A stretch of 64,000 nucleotides of DNA from an uncultured delta proteobacterium (GTDB lineage Bacteria > Desulfobacterota > Binatia > Binatales > Binataceae). The stretch lies in NCBI GenBank assembly GCA_963724765.1, contig CAVRVY010000001.1:1184001-1248000 (forward strand), given 5' to 3'. A program made the position numbers and the translations under genes. The notes below the pieces were generated by a model. It saw only the letters and a list, made by a program, of their open reading frames with translations. It was not told where the DNA came from and searched no databases. This document shows positions 59,903 to 64,000 of the stretch, piece by piece (position 1 is the first letter of the stretch; the number at the start of each line of letters is the position of its first letter).

Positions 59903-60697
59903 ATGAAATTTTACATCGCAATCAGCCGGCGTATCGCGCTCGCGGTCAGGCGGCGAGGCACGGTCGCGATCACAATCTTCGCACTGATGCTGGCGGTCGT
60001 CATGGCAGACACGTCGCAAGCCCAGGACGCAAGCAAGGGCGAGTCCTCCTGGGACAAGGCCGATAGCGTCCTGGTCCTTCCGCCCGTGTATCAAGGGGAT
60101 GAGAAGTCCGAGCCGGCAGACGCGTGCGCTGAAGATTGTCCGGATTCGAGCAACTCCGGTATTGCCGAGGACCCAGCCGCCGTGGCCGGCACCGCGGACG
60201 ATCCCGCGGATGCGAGCGCGGGAACTGCCGACGACCCGACTGCTGCCAGCGCGGCAGAGGACGGTTCCACGCCCGACGGATCCGGCTTGCAGGAACAGCA
60301 GGCCGCCGCCGTTGGCGGTGACCAGCAGAGCGCCGACGGCCTCGACGGTTCAGTCGGCACCGCGCAGGACTACCAGGAGCAACAGGAGGCGGCGCAGGAG
60401 CTTGGCAACTACGGAATCGTGCAGGTGCCGGCGGTGATTGTCGGAGCGCCGGGCGGACTCTACTATTTGCCGGGGACTTCTGTTCCAGCAGCGTCGGGAT
60501 TCGCTACCGCAGGAACGCTACCGTCGTCGCCGGCCTGGATGCCGCAACCGATGGCCAAAGTGGCTCCTCTCCCTTCGATTGTTCCGCGCGGGTTTCCGCC
60601 AACGATGAGAGGTTTTACGGGGGGAGGCTTTCGCGGGGGTTTCTCCGGAGGCTTTTCACACATGTCAGGATTCCACGGCGGATTCGGGCACAGGTAG
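59903..60697 (+). CDS. Secreted acidic low-complexity protein with Gly/Phe-rich tail
   Basis: Signal peptide ending SQA-QD, D/E/A-rich core, GF-GG repeats; GGAG upstream. Confidence 0.65.
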   Translation: MKFYIAISRRIALAVRRRGTVAITIFALMLAVVMADTSQAQDASKGESSWDKADSVLVLPPVYQGDEKSEPADACAEDCPDSSNSGIAEDPAAVAGTADDPADASAGTADDPTAASAAEDGSTPDGSGLQEQQAAAVGGDQQSADGLDGSVGTAQDYQEQQEAAQELGNYGIVQVPAVIVGAPGGLYYLPGTSVPAASGFATAGTLPSSPAWMPQPMAKVAPLPSIVPRGFPPTMRGFTGGGFRGGFSGGFSHMSGFHGGFGHR

Positions 60698-60777
60698 GCG
60701 CTCGCGAATTCTACTGTCGTGGAACCCCACCACTCATGCAGGACCATTCATGATGGTAGGTGCATGCTGGTAGCCCG

Positions 60778-61587
60778 ATGCTTGTAGCGATAGACGTCGG
60801 CAATACCGACACCGTGATCGGAATCTACGAGGGCGACCGCCTGCTCCATCACTGGCGGCTGTCGACCAAGGCCGAACGCACCACCGATGAGCATGGGGTG
60901 ATGATCGGCGCGCTCCTGCAAAGTGTCGGGCTGGAGCCGCCGCTGCGCCCCGAGGGCGTGGTAATCGCGTGCGTGGTGCCTCCGCTCAACCGCACGATGG
61001 AAGATTTGACCCGGCGCTACTTTCAGCGCGAGCCGCTGATCGTCGGTCCCGGGATCAAGACCGGGATGCCCATCCTGTACGAAAATCCCAAGGAGGTTGG
61101 CGCGGACCGGATCGTGAACGCAGTGGCGGCTTACGATCGCTACACCAGCGCATCAATCGTGGTCGACTTCGGCACGGCGACCACTTTTGACTACGTGACC
61201 GGGCGCGGCGAGTACGTGGGCGGCGCGATCGCGCCGGGACTGGGAATCTCGATGGACGCGCTGGTCAAGCATGCCGCCAAGCTCTACGAGGTCGAACTGG
61301 TGCGCCCGCGCGAGGCCGTTGGCCGCACGACTATCGGCGCGATCCAGTCGGGCCTCATCTTCGGCTATACGGCGCTGGTCGACGGACTGGTCGACCGGAT
61401 CGAGCAGGAACGGGGCGAGCATGCCCATGTGATCGCGACCGGCGGCCTGGCTGACCTGATCGCGCCCGAGTCGAAGACGATCGAGGTGGTCGACGAGTTT
61501 CTAACGCTCAAAGGATTGCGCCTGATCTTCGAACGCAACCGGCGCGCGCCCGCAGCCTTTACGCCGGGCGGCGCGAGGGACGCCTGA
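60778..61587 (+). CDS. coaX: Type III pantothenate kinase
   Basis: IDVGNT, EVGADRIVN, VDFGTATTFD, GGAIAPG, ATGG and LTLKGL. Confidence 0.96.
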   Translation: MLVAIDVGNTDTVIGIYEGDRLLHHWRLSTKAERTTDEHGVMIGALLQSVGLEPPLRPEGVVIACVVPPLNRTMEDLTRRYFQREPLIVGPGIKTGMPILYENPKEVGADRIVNAVAAYDRYTSASIVVDFGTATTFDYVTGRGEYVGGAIAPGLGISMDALVKHAAKLYEVELVRPREAVGRTTIGAIQSGLIFGYTALVDGLVDRIEQERGEHAHVIATGGLADLIAPESKTIEVVDEFLTLKGLRLIFERNRRAPAAFTPGGARDA

Positions 61588-62465
61588 TGGCAAAGCCGCA
61601 GCGCGTCGTCACCGACTCGATGATCGGGCTGAAACTGCCCGACTTTGCGCGCCATTCCGATCGCGTCGCAACCGTGCTTGGGCACAACCCCGGTCCGTTC
61701 ACCGGCCCGGGCACCAACACGTATATCGTCGGCGTCGGGCGCCGGCCTCTGCTGCTCGACACCGGCGCCGGGGTGCCGGTGTACGAGGAGTTACTGCCGC
61801 ACGCGCTCAAGCAGGTCAGCTCCACTGGCGAACTGGAGCGCGTGGTTTGTACTCACGCGCACGCCGACCATATCGGTGGCATCCCGCAGGTGCATCGGCG
61901 CTTCGGCGGGATCGAAGTGCTGAAGAAGCCGTGGCCGGGCAAGGACGAAGCCGCTGGCGCGCCGATTCGCGCGATCGAGGACGGCGCGATAGTCCGGACC
62001 GAGGGCGCGACGCTCCGCGCGATCCATACTCCCGGCCACGCGCCCGACCATCTTTGCTACTATCTCGAAGAGGAGAGGGCGCTGTTCACCGGCGACGTGG
62101 TGTTGGGCGCCGGCACCACGGTGATTCCCGATGACACCGGCGATCTCGGGCAGTACATGGCCTCACTTCGCCGCCTGTTGGAACTCGACTTGGCGCTGAT
62201 CTATCCGGCGCACGGCCCGGTGATTCGCAATCCGCGGCAGAAGATCGAGGAGTACATCGCGCATCGCGAACTGCGTGAGCGTCAGGTGCTCGAGGCCCTG
62301 GCCGGTGACGAGCCGCTCGAGCCGATGCAGATTGTCAAGAAGATTTACGTCGATGTGCCCGAATATCTGCACACCGCCGCCGCCAATTCAGTGCGCTCGC
62401 ATTTGAAAAAGCTCCGCAACGAGGGACGCGTGGTCGAGCATGAGAGCCGCTGGAGTCTCAACTAG
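61587..62465 (+). CDS. MBL-fold metallo-hydrolase (LACTB2-like, C-terminal winged helix)
   Basis: NPGPFTGPGTNTY, THAHADHIGG, TPGHAPDH, FTGD and YPAHG. Confidence 0.92.
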   Translation: MAKPQRVVTDSMIGLKLPDFARHSDRVATVLGHNPGPFTGPGTNTYIVGVGRRPLLLDTGAGVPVYEELLPHALKQVSSTGELERVVCTHAHADHIGGIPQVHRRFGGIEVLKKPWPGKDEAAGAPIRAIEDGAIVRTEGATLRAIHTPGHAPDHLCYYLEEERALFTGDVVLGAGTTVIPDDTGDLGQYMASLRRLLELDLALIYPAHGPVIRNPRQKIEEYIAHRELRERQVLEALAGDEPLEPMQIVKKIYVDVPEYLHTAAANSVRSHLKKLRNEGRVVEHESRWSLN

Positions 62466-63711
62466 ACGGGCGCGCTCGGGGCGCCGCGCCGCGATCTTAT
62501 CGGCCTTGGCGCCGGCGTTGGCGGCCGGACTTATCGCGCTCGGCGCGATAAGCCCGGCGCTCGCCCAGGACGAGGCGCCCATCGGTCCTTCCGCCACGAT
62601 CGGCGCCCTCGGCGCCGCCCGGGATGCGTCTGAGGCGTCCGCGGCGGCGCCGTCCGCCGCCGCGCCAACCGAAAAGGAAGTTACGCTGCTGCCCGCGGCG
62701 CCGGCCGCGACGGCCACGCCGTCGGGCGCGACGCCGAGCGGCGGCGCAGCCGCGAGCGCCGCCGCGGACGCTCCCGCAGCACTCGCGGCCGCGCCTGGCG
62801 CGGCCGCGCCGGTCGGCGGGGTCGCCGCCTCAGGTGCGGTCGGCGAGCCGCCCGCATCGGCGGCGGCTGCCGCCACCGCGACTCCGGCCGCCGCAGCACC
62901 GGTTGGCGGCCCGAAAACTTTCCTCATAGATGACGCCGCTCCGGCTTCGGAAACTGCCGGATCGTCTTCGGTTGCGCCGGACCCGTCCGCTTCGGGCACG
63001 CCTGGGGAATCCTCTGCCGCAGTGCCGGCCGTCGCGCCGGCTGCAGCCGTGAATGCCCCGGCGGCTGACGGGCAGGGGAACGGAAACCCCGATGACGCTC
63101 CGGTGGGAACCGTGGTCATTCCTTCGACTCTGCCCTCGACCCTGCCTTCGACCGCGCAGCAGCAGACGGTTCAGCCCGAGCCTGGTGCTGCAACCCAGGG
63201 CTCGCAGGTCGTCAATTACGAAGAGAATCAGCAGATGCCGCTCAATGAGCCGCCGTTGCACAGCCTTCAGGAGTTCATGAACGAGGGCTCTAATACCTCG
63301 CCCCTCGGGGTTGAACTGCAGGAGGGCGCGCGGCGGACGAAGAGCGGCCGCGAAGTCGAGGGCCTGCTGGTCGTCGCGTTGCAGCCCGGCAGTCCGGCCG
63401 AGCGCGCGGGAGTGCATGCAGGCCATCGCGAGGCTCACGACGTGCTCGAGGGCGCGGCGGTGGCGGCTTCGCTGGTGTTTCCGCCCGCGGTGCTCGCCGT
63501 GCCGGTAATCGAAACCATCCAGCTTGGCGAGAACTACGATTTGATCATCGGAGTCGACGGCAACCGGGTCACCAACTTCATTGATTTTCAGGACCAGTTG
63601 CGCGACGCACAGCCGGGCGAAACCGTTTACCTCAACATCTTGCGCAGCGGCAAACGTGTCCAGGTGCCGGTGGAGATGCCGGAGCCGAGCGCGACGAAAC
63701 TCGAACCATAG
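62440..63711 (+). CDS. Secreted PDZ-domain protein with long Ala/Pro-rich linker
   Basis: Signal peptide ...ALA-QD, AP-rich region, C-terminal PDZ (GLLVVALQPGSPAERAGV...DLIIGVDG.RV...PGETV). Confidence 0.8.
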   Translation: MRAAGVSTRRARSGRRAAILSALAPALAAGLIALGAISPALAQDEAPIGPSATIGALGAARDASEASAAAPSAAAPTEKEVTLLPAAPAATATPSGATPSGGAAASAAADAPAALAAAPGAAAPVGGVAASGAVGEPPASAAAAATATPAAAAPVGGPKTFLIDDAAPASETAGSSSVAPDPSASGTPGESSAAVPAVAPAAAVNAPAADGQGNGNPDDAPVGTVVIPSTLPSTLPSTAQQQTVQPEPGAATQGSQVVNYEENQQMPLNEPPLHSLQEFMNEGSNTSPLGVELQEGARRTKSGREVEGLLVVALQPGSPAERAGVHAGHREAHDVLEGAAVAASLVFPPAVLAVPVIETIQLGENYDLIIGVDGNRVTNFIDFQDQLRDAQPGETVYLNILRSGKRVQVPVEMPEPSATKLEP

Positions 63712-64000
63712 GATTCGGGCGACAGTTCTTTACTTTACCCAGGCACCGATAGATTCTTTATCCAGGGCTCGATTGGTCTTTACTCGGGAACGACATCGTA
63801 ATAATAGATTGCACTCCGTCGAGGCTTAGGCCCGGCGAGACACAAGGACGAGGAAGCGAAGACTCCGGCAACGGAGCAATGCGGACATAGGCTTGGGCTA
63901 GCGCCTGGATCCTGTCGGAACGCTGAAGCAGGACCGGGACCCCGAACGGCTTGAGCGCTCCTGGAGAGCACGTTTGATGCGGGGTGCCGGTATGCGGTGG

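Overview
High-GC bacterial chromosome segment. The expanded LLM, acyl-CoA dehydrogenase, amidohydrolase and hotdog gene content is suggestive of Candidatus Binatota; this is an inference, not verified. 1-9.7 kb and 17.5-25.5 kb hold acyl-CoA and redox catabolic genes: MaoC dehydratases, two acyl-CoA dehydrogenases, a crotonase, three LLM oxidoreductases, an amidohydrolase, a FlK-type thioesterase, an SDR and a HI0933/BaiN flavoprotein. 9.8-17.4 kb is a glgE-treS/mak-glgB alpha-glucan operon. About 25.5-58.6 kb is a visibly lower-GC, decaying accessory island next to the 3' end of tRNA-Pro(GGG). It carries a minus-strand Wza/Wzc/Wzx/Wzy polysaccharide cluster whose family inventory parallels the Caulobacter holdfast pathway (WbaP, WecB/TagA, GT2s, HfsH-like deacetylase, CelD-type GNAT). 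The island also has a plant-type GDP-mannose 3',5'-epimerase, a GT9, several methyltransferases, two convergent 12-Cys secreted beta-helix paralogs, a Crp/Fnr + RfaH-type regulator pair, and many IS and pseudogene scars. 58.9-64 kb returns to core-like genes (SDR, coaX, MBL hydrolase, secreted low-complexity and PDZ proteins) and ends in a possibly structured non-coding stretch. All calls come from reading motifs by eye; no database searches were run.
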